Below the pieces are notes generated by a model, which was not told where the DNA came from, did no database searches, and saw nothing but the letters and a program-made list of their open reading frames with translations. Position numbers and translations under genes: made by a program. From assembly GCA_016302705.1 (NCBI GenBank), contig JAEDNC010000001.1, positions 1 to 25,417 on the forward strand: a stretch of DNA of 25,417 nucleotides, in the 5' to 3' direction. This document shows positions 6,579 to 14,981 of the stretch, one piece after another (positions within the stretch are counted from its first letter, which is position 1; each line of letters starts with the position of its first letter). The stretch comes from Bacilli bacterium. GTDB taxonomy: Bacteria > Bacillota_I > Bacilli_A > RFN20 > CAG-826.

Positions 6579-9338
6579 ATGAATAATAAAAAATTCTTTG
6601 GTGCTGCAATTACTACTATTTTTTCTCTTATAATGGCCGTTACTGCAGCCAATTTCTCTTCTACCTCTGTCAAGAAAGCCTCTGCTTTAGGCAATGAAAA
6701 CGATGCTCCATACTCTGAAGCATCTTTTAATTCGTCAGTTGAATTAGGCAGAAATGAATTGACGGTAGATATTCAATCTTTGACAAGTACTCCAACGAGT
6801 AAATCAGCTACTATTACTTTCTCAAGCGTTAGCGTTACTGGATGGGGCACTCCAAAGAAGAATGCTTACATTGTTATTGATGATCCTGACTATTCTGGTT
6901 CTGAATCTCAACCATCTTTGAGCGATCGTACTAACCCACAATTCAATGGATACACTATTGAAATGTCAAATGCTGCAACATTTACATTGGATTACGGTAC
7001 AGGAGATTCTAGAGTAAAAATTACAGAATTTGTTATTCCTCAAACAGTTAGTTATGGAAATACATTCTCTATCAAAAACAACAAAATTCTTTCTGATACA
7101 TTCGTTTTTGAAAAAGGACTTGAAGAAGCCAAATTTGATAGATTAGTTATTCCTAGTGGAATCGAAGTCATTGAATCTAGAGCATTCCAAAATGTTCCTG
7201 CGAATGTCGAAGTAAAAATTTGCGAACCTTCAAAACCAGCTGGATGGGCTAATGATTGGTTTGGCGATATCGATCCAACAAAAATTGAATGGAATTATCA
7301 ATTAATTGGGCCAGATACCACTGGTCGTACCACTGGCAACGAAACAAACCAACTTGACCAATCAATTGGTACTGCTAAAAAAACATTTGGCAAGTTATCT
7401 AATTCTGCTGGTAATAACGCCAACAACGTCTATACAGTAGTGAACGATGTCAATTGGACTGGAGATTTTGATAATCCAGTTAGAGATGGTTCATCTGCTC
7501 CATATGCTTTAGAAGGATATGTTTTAAGACTTATCGATAACGCTTCAACAATTTACGTTCCAGAAACAATGAAATATGGTAGTGATTTAACTATTGTTAA
7601 TAATAGAATTGCTGCCCATGCACTTGATTTTGATCAATATGATGATAACGAACAATATATTGGAAATATAACTGAAATCTACATTCCGAGTGGAATTCAA
7701 GAAATTGAATCCAAAGCATTTACTGATGTTCCTGCTTCAGTAACATTTAAATGTGAAGCAGCTTCTAAACCTGCTCTTTGGTCTGATTCATGGGTTCCAA
7801 ACGGAACAAAAGTTGAATGGGGCGTTGCTTTTGATGAAAGTAAGAGAAATACAGCCGTCACTTCAACTGACAGATTATTTAGATTAGCAAACGAAGACAC
7901 AACCTTTATTTTGGGTTACAAATATACTCAGCACGACACATTCTTCTGTGAACACTGCAATGAAATTTATCAAGCATCTGAATTGGTTGATGGAAAGTGC
8001 CCAGAAGGACACGCTGTTACCGTTCTCCCAGATGTAACTCCTGAATTCCAAAAACCACTTGTTGTTTCTTACGATATTAGAAACACAAGAGACAATTCTA
8101 CTAGAAAAGTCTGGTACGAATTCCCATTACAATCTGAAGAACCAACTTCAACCTCAACTTCTTATTATGATTCAGTTAGAACTCAACCTCTTTCTCGTTC
8201 ATTTGATATTTTGTTAAAAGACGATGAAGAGTTTGATGCTGCTTCGGTTAATGTCTATAACATTTATCGTGCAAAATCAACTAAGATTCTAACTAAAACC
8301 GTTGAAGATGGACGTGTAGTAGAAAAATACCTCACTTATCGTTACCCAGATACTAAGGTAAGCTTTGCCGCATCTGCTAGTAAACGTTATAAAAATGAAG
8401 TTAATGTTAACTCAGTTGTCAAATATAACTTTACCGGTTTAACAAAATTCTTTGACTATTCAATGATTTCGATGAATGTTGATAAGGTTTTACCATCTTA
8501 CTGGTTTGAAGGAATCAGTGAGGATGTTAGAAACTCTGTCCAAGACAAGATCGATGATGGTTCCTACTCTATTCGTTATGCTGTCTATAACATCAACAAT
8601 TCATTCTATCGTTTAACATATTATTCACCATCTTTAAATAAGATAGTGACAGTCACAACCGCAATTAAGACACCTAACTCTGTTGTTGTTCTCGAAAAAG
8701 ACAACGGCAACAAACTTTCATATTTAATCAAAAATAGTGATATTACTTATGAAGAAGGTGGAAAGAAATACAATGATTTCGCACTTGAAAACTTAAAGCA
8801 ATTAGAAATCGTTGGATTTACTATCAATATTCACTTATGGAATATCGCTCAATCAACTAAAGTTGGACGTACTGATTTGTCCATCCACTTTGGTGCGATT
8901 GATGTTATGCCAGTAAACGCAAACGCAAAAGTTTACAATATCTTTACATTTATTCTTATCTTCGAATTGGTTGCTTTAGCAGCTTACGCAATTGGATCGG
9001 TTGCTCTCTTCTTTGTCTTAAAAGAGAAATATAAGAACGATGAATTTAGAAGAATGAAACCAAAAGCATATGCCAAGACTGCTATTCTTGGATATGTTGG
9101 TTTACTTATTATTTCGATTACAGTTCTCTTTATCATCTTTAGAGGAGGACTATTTAGCAATGCAGTCGCGGTTCATAACCCAATCGACATCTTTATCGTT
9201 GTTCCAGGTGTTATTTCAATCGTGATTATTGGCTACTTTATTAAGTTTGTTGTTGGTAAAATTAAATCTAACAAACAACGTAAACAAGCCAAAAAATTAA
9301 AACTTAACGAAGATGCCGTTGATGATGGCACTAAATAA
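6579..9338 (+). CDS. Large surface/membrane protein: signal peptide, two BspA-type LRR-like modules, Zn-knuckle, three C-terminal TM helices; function unknown
   Basis: N-terminal basic/hydrophobic leader. Repeats IPSGIEVIESRAFQNVP...KPAGWANDW and IPSGIQEIESKAFTDVP...KPALWSDSW. CEHC-x13-CPEGH motif. Three hydrophobic stretches and a basic tail at the C-terminus. Confidence 0.7.
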   Translation: MNNKKFFGAAITTIFSLIMAVTAANFSSTSVKKASALGNENDAPYSEASFNSSVELGRNELTVDIQSLTSTPTSKSATITFSSVSVTGWGTPKKNAYIVIDDPDYSGSESQPSLSDRTNPQFNGYTIEMSNAATFTLDYGTGDSRVKITEFVIPQTVSYGNTFSIKNNKILSDTFVFEKGLEEAKFDRLVIPSGIEVIESRAFQNVPANVEVKICEPSKPAGWANDWFGDIDPTKIEWNYQLIGPDTTGRTTGNETNQLDQSIGTAKKTFGKLSNSAGNNANNVYTVVNDVNWTGDFDNPVRDGSSAPYALEGYVLRLIDNASTIYVPETMKYGSDLTIVNNRIAAHALDFDQYDDNEQYIGNITEIYIPSGIQEIESKAFTDVPASVTFKCEAASKPALWSDSWVPNGTKVEWGVAFDESKRNTAVTSTDRLFRLANEDTTFILGYKYTQHDTFFCEHCNEIYQASELVDGKCPEGHAVTVLPDVTPEFQKPLVVSYDIRNTRDNSTRKVWYEFPLQSEEPTSTSTSYYDSVRTQPLSRSFDILLKDDEEFDAASVNVYNIYRAKSTKILTKTVEDGRVVEKYLTYRYPDTKVSFAASASKRYKNEVNVNSVVKYNFTGLTKFFDYSMISMNVDKVLPSYWFEGISEDVRNSVQDKIDDGSYSIRYAVYNINNSFYRLTYYSPSLNKIVTVTTAIKTPNSVVVLEKDNGNKLSYLIKNSDITYEEGGKKYNDFALENLKQLEIVGFTINIHLWNIAQSTKVGRTDLSIHFGAIDVMPVNANAKVYNIFTFILIFELVALAAYAIGSVALFFVLKEKYKNDEFRRMKPKAYAKTAILGYVGLLIISITVLFIIFRGGLFSNAVAVHNPIDIFIVVPGVISIVIIGYFIKFVVGKIKSNKQRKQAKKLKLNEDAVDDGTK

Positions 9339-9358
9339 TTTCATAGAGGAGTTTATAT

Positions 9359-11269
9359 ATGGAAATTAAGATTAAAAGCTTAACAAAAATCTTCCCAGGC
9401 GATGCAAAAAAGAATATTCGTGATACCATCGCTGTTAAGGACTTGGATTTTGTTGTTGATGATGGCACACTTGTTGGTCTTCTCGGCCCATCAGGATGTG
9501 GTAAATCAACTACACTTTATATGATTTCAGGATTACAAGTTCCTACATCTGGTGAAGTTTGGTTTGGTGACCAAGAAGTTACTAACTTATCCCCAGAAAA
9601 AAGAGGTATTGGTTTAGTTTTCCAAAACTACGCTTTATATCCTCATATGACAATTTATAAGAACATCGAATTCCCATTAACAAGTTTACAAGTCGAAGTT
9701 CCTCTTGAAACATTCTTTACATATCATCTTGCCTATTCCTATCAAATGAAGGAAGACGATGATGTTAATGGAATTAAGAAAGCCTTCCAATCATTAGCGG
9801 CTAAAACCGGTTATTCAAGAAAACAATTCAAACTTGATATTCAAGAAAAAGATCGTAATTTAGATATCAAAGTTGAATTAATTGATGTTTCAAAAACATC
9901 AAAAGCTTTATTTACAGAAAATGTTAATAAGATTATTGATGTTAAGCTTGAAAGTGAAAATGAAGTTCAATCAAGTGACGCTTTATTTGATACGACATTC
10001 CGTGCGACAGTGGAAACCATTACCGAAAACGAAACAATTGATGTTGCTTTCCGTGGCCGTTTAGGAAAGAACTTCTCTACAAGTTCAATTGATGAAACAA
10101 TTAAAATCTTCAATTCAACCTCTAATGAATTTGGAAAACCAGCTGAAGTAGTTATTACTAAGACTCAACATGGTTATGAAATCATGGCTCGTGTTTTAGG
10201 TATTAAACACTTAAGAATCAACGAATGGTTTGAAGCAGTTAAAGCCTCTTATCCATACGAAAATCCTTATTTCACAGTATCTTCAGTTAACAATAAAGAA
10301 CTTACTCAAAACGTTAAGAAATTCTTAGCAGAACATAAATGTGATGTTGCTGATTTTAAAATTTATTTTGATAAAGAACACACAAAGATGTACTTCAAAT
10401 TATTGAAAAAATCACAAGAACAATCTGCTGAATTATTAAAAGAATTATCAGAGAAATTCCAACTCGCTGACGTTGAAACTGCAGTCAGTCAAGCAATCAG
10501 TCACCGTAAACTCACAAAAGAAGAAAGACGTGATATTGTTTATGAAACCGCAAAACTCGTCCAAGTCGATGAATACTTACAACGTAAGCCATCACAACTT
10601 TCTGGTGGTCAACAACAACGTGTCGCTATTGCTCGTGCATTAGTCAAACACCCACGTGTCTTATTATTAGATGAACCATTATCTAACTTAGACGCTCGTT
10701 TAAGATTACAAACACGTGAAGAAATTAGACGTATTCAACAAGAAACAGGTATTACTTCTGTCTTTGTTACACACGACCAAGAAGAAGCAATGTCTATTTC
10801 TGATCAAATCGTCGTTATGAAACTCGGTGAAATGCAACAAATGGGTAAACCACAAGATGTTTACAATTCACCAGCTAACTTATTCGTTGCTCAATTCTTA
10901 GGAACTCCACCAATCAATGTCTTCCATGGACGTGTTGAAGGAAAGAAAGTCTTCGTTGGCGATGACTGCGTTTACACAGCAAGCGAAGAAATTGGCAATA
11001 AAGATGTCTACGTTGCAATTAGACCAGAAGGATTTACTCTTGCTGGTGCTAAAGACAAAGATGTCTTGCACGCTAATTGCGAAATGATTCAAGTTATGGG
11101 TCGTGATATTAGCGTCGTTGCAAATAACGAGAAATGTATCAAACCAACTTTTAAAGCAATTATTTCTGCTGATGACACAGTTAATCCAGGACCAGTTGCA
11201 TTTAAAGTTAAACCTCATAAAATTTTCATCTTTGATGGCGAAACAGAAGAAAGAATTTACACAAAATAA
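9359..11269 (+). CDS. CUT1-family (MalK/UgpC/MsmK-like) ABC transporter ATPase with large internal insertion
   Basis: Walker A GPSGCGKST, Q-loop VFQNYALYPHMT, signature LSGGQQQRVAIARAL, Walker B LLLDEPLSNLD, H-loop VTHDQEEA, TOBE-region IRPE. Confidence 0.95.
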   Translation: MEIKIKSLTKIFPGDAKKNIRDTIAVKDLDFVVDDGTLVGLLGPSGCGKSTTLYMISGLQVPTSGEVWFGDQEVTNLSPEKRGIGLVFQNYALYPHMTIYKNIEFPLTSLQVEVPLETFFTYHLAYSYQMKEDDDVNGIKKAFQSLAAKTGYSRKQFKLDIQEKDRNLDIKVELIDVSKTSKALFTENVNKIIDVKLESENEVQSSDALFDTTFRATVETITENETIDVAFRGRLGKNFSTSSIDETIKIFNSTSNEFGKPAEVVITKTQHGYEIMARVLGIKHLRINEWFEAVKASYPYENPYFTVSSVNNKELTQNVKKFLAEHKCDVADFKIYFDKEHTKMYFKLLKKSQEQSAELLKELSEKFQLADVETAVSQAISHRKLTKEERRDIVYETAKLVQVDEYLQRKPSQLSGGQQQRVAIARALVKHPRVLLLDEPLSNLDARLRLQTREEIRRIQQETGITSVFVTHDQEEAMSISDQIVVMKLGEMQQMGKPQDVYNSPANLFVAQFLGTPPINVFHGRVEGKKVFVGDDCVYTASEEIGNKDVYVAIRPEGFTLAGAKDKDVLHANCEMIQVMGRDISVVANNEKCIKPTFKAIISADDTVNPGPVAFKVKPHKIFIFDGETEERIYTK

Positions 11270-11278
11270 GGAGGCCAT

Positions 11279-12412
11279 ATGTTATTAGAAAAAATTAAAA
11301 ACCTTTTCAATAGCAAAAAATCAGCTTCTACCGATCAACCTGTGGCTGCGGAATCCTTGTTTGACACTGGAATCCCAGATATCTCTGAAGGCTATGATTC
11401 AGAAAAAGACGTGGTGGTTCGTTTAGTTGGAAAAAGACCAACAAAGAGTTACCGTGTCAGTGGAATTGATGATGTTGCTAGTAAAAATAACTGGAAAGCA
11501 TGGTTATATCTAGCACCAGTTATCATCTTAGTGGCAATCTTCTTGCTCTATCCTTTAATTAATACAATTTATATCGCGTTCGCAAAAGAATATAGTTATA
11601 TCAAAGGATACGGTACAGGATTGACGCTTGATAACTTTGGCGTTGTTCTTGGCTTAAAAGAATATATCAACGCTAGTGGACAAAGAGCCACAGAAACTAA
11701 CTTTGTGAACTTCGCGATCCCTAATACAATTGTTATCGCATTTGTGACTGTTCCATTGTCAATTTTCTTAGCTCTTATTATTGCAGTTGCCCTTAACTCC
11801 ATTAAATGGTTCCAAAAATTCTTACAAACAGTGTTCTTCTTACCTTATGTTACTAATGGCATTGCTATTGGTATGGTCTTTGCGGTTATCTTTGATAGAC
11901 AAGGCATTATTAACAACTTGTTCCATACAGATATCGCATGGATTCAAAACGCTGAACACTGGACCGCAATGGTACCACTTTGTATCTACATCGTTTGGAA
12001 TTCTATTCCATTTAAGATTTTAATCTTATTATCAGGCTTACAAGGCGTTGACAAGCAATATTATCAAGCTGCTCAAATCGATAGTGCTTCTAAAGGCAAA
12101 GTTCTTCTTAAGATCACTATTCCATTACTCTCTCCACAAATCTTATATTTGATGATTACAGGATTTATTGGAGCGTTTAAGGAATATAACTCCATCATTT
12201 CTATCTTTGGTGCTCCAAGTACCGCAGGCAGTGGTGGTGCATCTACTGAAAAGAACTTATTAACAGTCGTCTATTATGTTTACGATATTCTTGAACATGA
12301 TAGCCAAACAATGATTCAATACGCTGCTGCCGGAGCAGTCTTGTTATTCGTTGCTATTCTTCTCTTCACATTTATTCAATCTAAAGTGTCGAAGAGTAGA
12401 GTTTATTATTAG
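11279..12412 (+). CDS. CUT1-family ABC permease (MalF/UgpA-like)
   Basis: YLAP...YPL, FFLPYVT, EAA-like loop LQGVDKQYYQAAQIDSA...ITIPLLSP, about 6 TMs. RBS AAGGAGG. Confidence 0.92.
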   Translation: MLLEKIKNLFNSKKSASTDQPVAAESLFDTGIPDISEGYDSEKDVVVRLVGKRPTKSYRVSGIDDVASKNNWKAWLYLAPVIILVAIFLLYPLINTIYIAFAKEYSYIKGYGTGLTLDNFGVVLGLKEYINASGQRATETNFVNFAIPNTIVIAFVTVPLSIFLALIIAVALNSIKWFQKFLQTVFFLPYVTNGIAIGMVFAVIFDRQGIINNLFHTDIAWIQNAEHWTAMVPLCIYIVWNSIPFKILILLSGLQGVDKQYYQAAQIDSASKGKVLLKITIPLLSPQILYLMITGFIGAFKEYNSIISIFGAPSTAGSGGASTEKNLLTVVYYVYDILEHDSQTMIQYAAAGAVLLFVAILLFTFIQSKVSKSRVYY

Positions 12413-12424
12413 GAGGTGTTGTTT

Positions 12425-13402
12425 ATGGCAAAAACTTATAACAACTTTCAAGGTCAAAATTTAAACCAAAACATCACACTTTCTATTAAAGAAGCCGGCA
12501 AAACCGTTGAAACAATCAAGAAGGCTGAAAAAGTTACAAAGATTATTTCAACAATCATTACCTATGCGTTTATAGTCGCATTAGCATTACTCGTAATCTT
12601 CCCATTTTATTGGATGATTATTACATCACTTAAATCGTTAGATGAAATCACTGGTATGTCTACTGGTGGTAGACAAACATACTTCCCAGAAATCGTTATG
12701 TGGAGTAACTACGTGTATGTTTTCCAAAAATTTGATTTTTCAACTTATATGGTTAACACAGTTGTTGTCGCTATCTTCTCAACAATTGGTACACTTTTTA
12801 CTACAATCTTCGCAGCATTTGCTTTCTCTAGACTTAACTTCAAAGGAAGAGAAACAGTGTTTGCAATCTTGCTTATGACAATGATGATTCCTGGCGAAAT
12901 GATGGTCTTATCTAACTACATTACCGTCGCATCATTTGGATGGATTGAAAGTGACAGTCAAACATTATTACAAGCTTATGCCTGTATGATTGTTCCTTTC
13001 TGGGTTAGTGTCTTCTATATCTACTTATTAAGACAAAACTTTAAACAAATCCCTAAAGAATTATATTTAGCAGCCAAAGTTGATGGTAAGAGCGATTGGA
13101 ACTACTTATGGAAAGTCATGGTTCCTCTTGCCGCCCCAACACTTATCTCAATTTCGATTCTCAAATTCATGGGAACTTGGAATTCGTATATGTGGCCTCA
13201 ACTTGTATGTAAAAATGAAGCTTACCAATTAATCTCAAATGGTTTACGTGGATCAAGCTTCACAAATGCTGATACAGGAATTACTGAATACGGTTATCGT
13301 ATGGCAGCGACAGTTCTTGTTACAGTCCCACTCTTCTTATTATTCGTCTTCTTCCGTAAATACATCATGCGTGGTGTTGGAAGAGCCGGTATTAAGGGTT
13401 AA
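12425..13402 (+). CDS. CUT1-family ABC permease (MalG/UgpE-like)
   Basis: PFYWMIITSLK, AAFAFSRLNFKGR, TMMIP, EAA-like IPKELYLAAKVDG, WNSYMWP. Start placed at ATG 12425, 8 nt after AGGAGG, rather than GTG 12416. Confidence 0.92.
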   Translation: MAKTYNNFQGQNLNQNITLSIKEAGKTVETIKKAEKVTKIISTIITYAFIVALALLVIFPFYWMIITSLKSLDEITGMSTGGRQTYFPEIVMWSNYVYVFQKFDFSTYMVNTVVVAIFSTIGTLFTTIFAAFAFSRLNFKGRETVFAILLMTMMIPGEMMVLSNYITVASFGWIESDSQTLLQAYACMIVPFWVSVFYIYLLRQNFKQIPKELYLAAKVDGKSDWNYLWKVMVPLAAPTLISISILKFMGTWNSYMWPQLVCKNEAYQLISNGLRGSSFTNADTGITEYGYRMAATVLVTVPLFLLFVFFRKYIMRGVGRAGIKG

Positions 13403-13448
13403 TAAAGTTTATAATGCTTAAGCATTTATAATAAAAAGGAGAATAATT

Positions 13449-14963
13449 ATGAAAAAATTCAGAAAATTATTAATTGCAGCTGCATCAGTTATGGGCGTTT
13501 CTGCTCTCGTTGGATGTGGACAACAAGGAGTCTCTGATAATGGTTATCTCATCAAAGTATGGGGAACATTTAACGACACCTATGGTGCAATTGTTGAGAA
13601 AGCAATCAACAAAATGAAGGAATTGCATCCTGAATATACTATCAAATACACCAAACAAACAGGTATGGGCTACGATGGTTTGGCTGATTTAGCAGTTAAA
13701 GGATTTGCTGCTGGTGATTATCCAGATGCAATTGTTGCTTATCCAGATTCAGTTGCTGACTTCATTTATGCTGGTAAAGCACTTGATATGTCTAAATATA
13801 TGAACGATCCAGAAATTGGTTGGACTCAAGAAGATATTGATGATATTCCAGAAGCTTACCTCAACGAAGGTAGTGATTATTTTATTCCAGGAACATTCTC
13901 ACTCCCACTTTGTAAATCAACAGAAGCGATGTATTACAATCGTACAATCTTGATTGACTTAGACCTTTCTGGTATTGATGATGAGATTAATGATGGTGAA
14001 CCACTTGATGATGATTATCTCCAACATTTAACTTGGGATGAACTCTTCAATAAATTATGTCCAGCAATCATTGCTTATGATGCAAAATTACCTGAAGATA
14101 AGAAAATCTTAACTCCAGGTGCTGACTATAAAGATACCTGGGCATTAGTTGGTTATGACTCAGATGATAACTTATTCATTACTTTGGCTGAACAATATGG
14201 TTTACCATATACAAGCCTTAACAAGCAAACATTAAAAGGCTCTATCGACTTTGCTTTAACTGATGACCAAGGCAAATTCGCAGGTGTCAGTGATGAATAT
14301 ATGGAATTAATGAGAACATTCTCTAATGCATATAAGAATAGATATTTAACAACAAAGGGTGTCATCGGTAAGAATGTTAACTATGTTTCTACAACTGGTG
14401 GAATGCTCTTCTCAATCGGTTCAACCGGTGGTGTTTTCTATCAATATTCTTCAAATAACCCATACGATGTTGGCGTTGCTCCTGTTCCACAACGTTCATT
14501 TGCAAAAGAAACCGATATTAAATTAATTAACCAAGGACCATCTTTAGCATTCTTAGAACGTGGTACAGGCGATGTTAAAGAATTGCGTGCTAGAGGTGCA
14601 TGGATGTTCTATGATATTTGGACCTCTGTTGCTATTAACTCTGAATGGTCACAAACTTCTGGTTACACTCCAGTCAGATCTTCTGTCACTAGAGAACCTT
14701 CTTACTTGAAATATGCTTCAGAAGAAGGAAAACAACCAAAGACTCTTGAAATTCTTAACGCTCGTAATGCTACATATGTTGCAAATACATTAGATTACTT
14801 ATACAGCTCACCAGTTTTCTATGGCTCATCCAAGGCTCGTACTGCTGTTTCTGGCATCATGGCTGATATCTTCAAAGGATGTAAAAATCTTGACGTCAAT
14901 AGTGTTGAATTTGAAAATCTTGTCACAGAGACTTTCCGTAAAGGATTTAATAACGCTATTTAA
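13449..14963 (+). CDS. ABC transporter solute-binding lipoprotein (family 1-like), paralog A
   Basis: Lipobox ALVGC. Motifs AYPDSVAD, SLPLCKSTEAMYYN, LTWDE, FSIGSTGG, NQGPSL, SGYTPVR. RBS AAGGAG. Follows the permeases. Confidence 0.88.
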   Translation: MKKFRKLLIAAASVMGVSALVGCGQQGVSDNGYLIKVWGTFNDTYGAIVEKAINKMKELHPEYTIKYTKQTGMGYDGLADLAVKGFAAGDYPDAIVAYPDSVADFIYAGKALDMSKYMNDPEIGWTQEDIDDIPEAYLNEGSDYFIPGTFSLPLCKSTEAMYYNRTILIDLDLSGIDDEINDGEPLDDDYLQHLTWDELFNKLCPAIIAYDAKLPEDKKILTPGADYKDTWALVGYDSDDNLFITLAEQYGLPYTSLNKQTLKGSIDFALTDDQGKFAGVSDEYMELMRTFSNAYKNRYLTTKGVIGKNVNYVSTTGGMLFSIGSTGGVFYQYSSNNPYDVGVAPVPQRSFAKETDIKLINQGPSLAFLERGTGDVKELRARGAWMFYDIWTSVAINSEWSQTSGYTPVRSSVTREPSYLKYASEEGKQPKTLEILNARNATYVANTLDYLYSSPVFYGSSKARTAVSGIMADIFKGCKNLDVNSVEFENLVTETFRKGFNNAI

Positions 14964-14981
14964 TTGAAAGGAAGAAATTAT

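Noticed and set aside
9689..10501. Intein or mobile insertion in the ATPase
   Set aside because: No Cys/Ser...His-Asn splice junctions, LAGLIDADG/HNH motifs or flanking repeats were seen.
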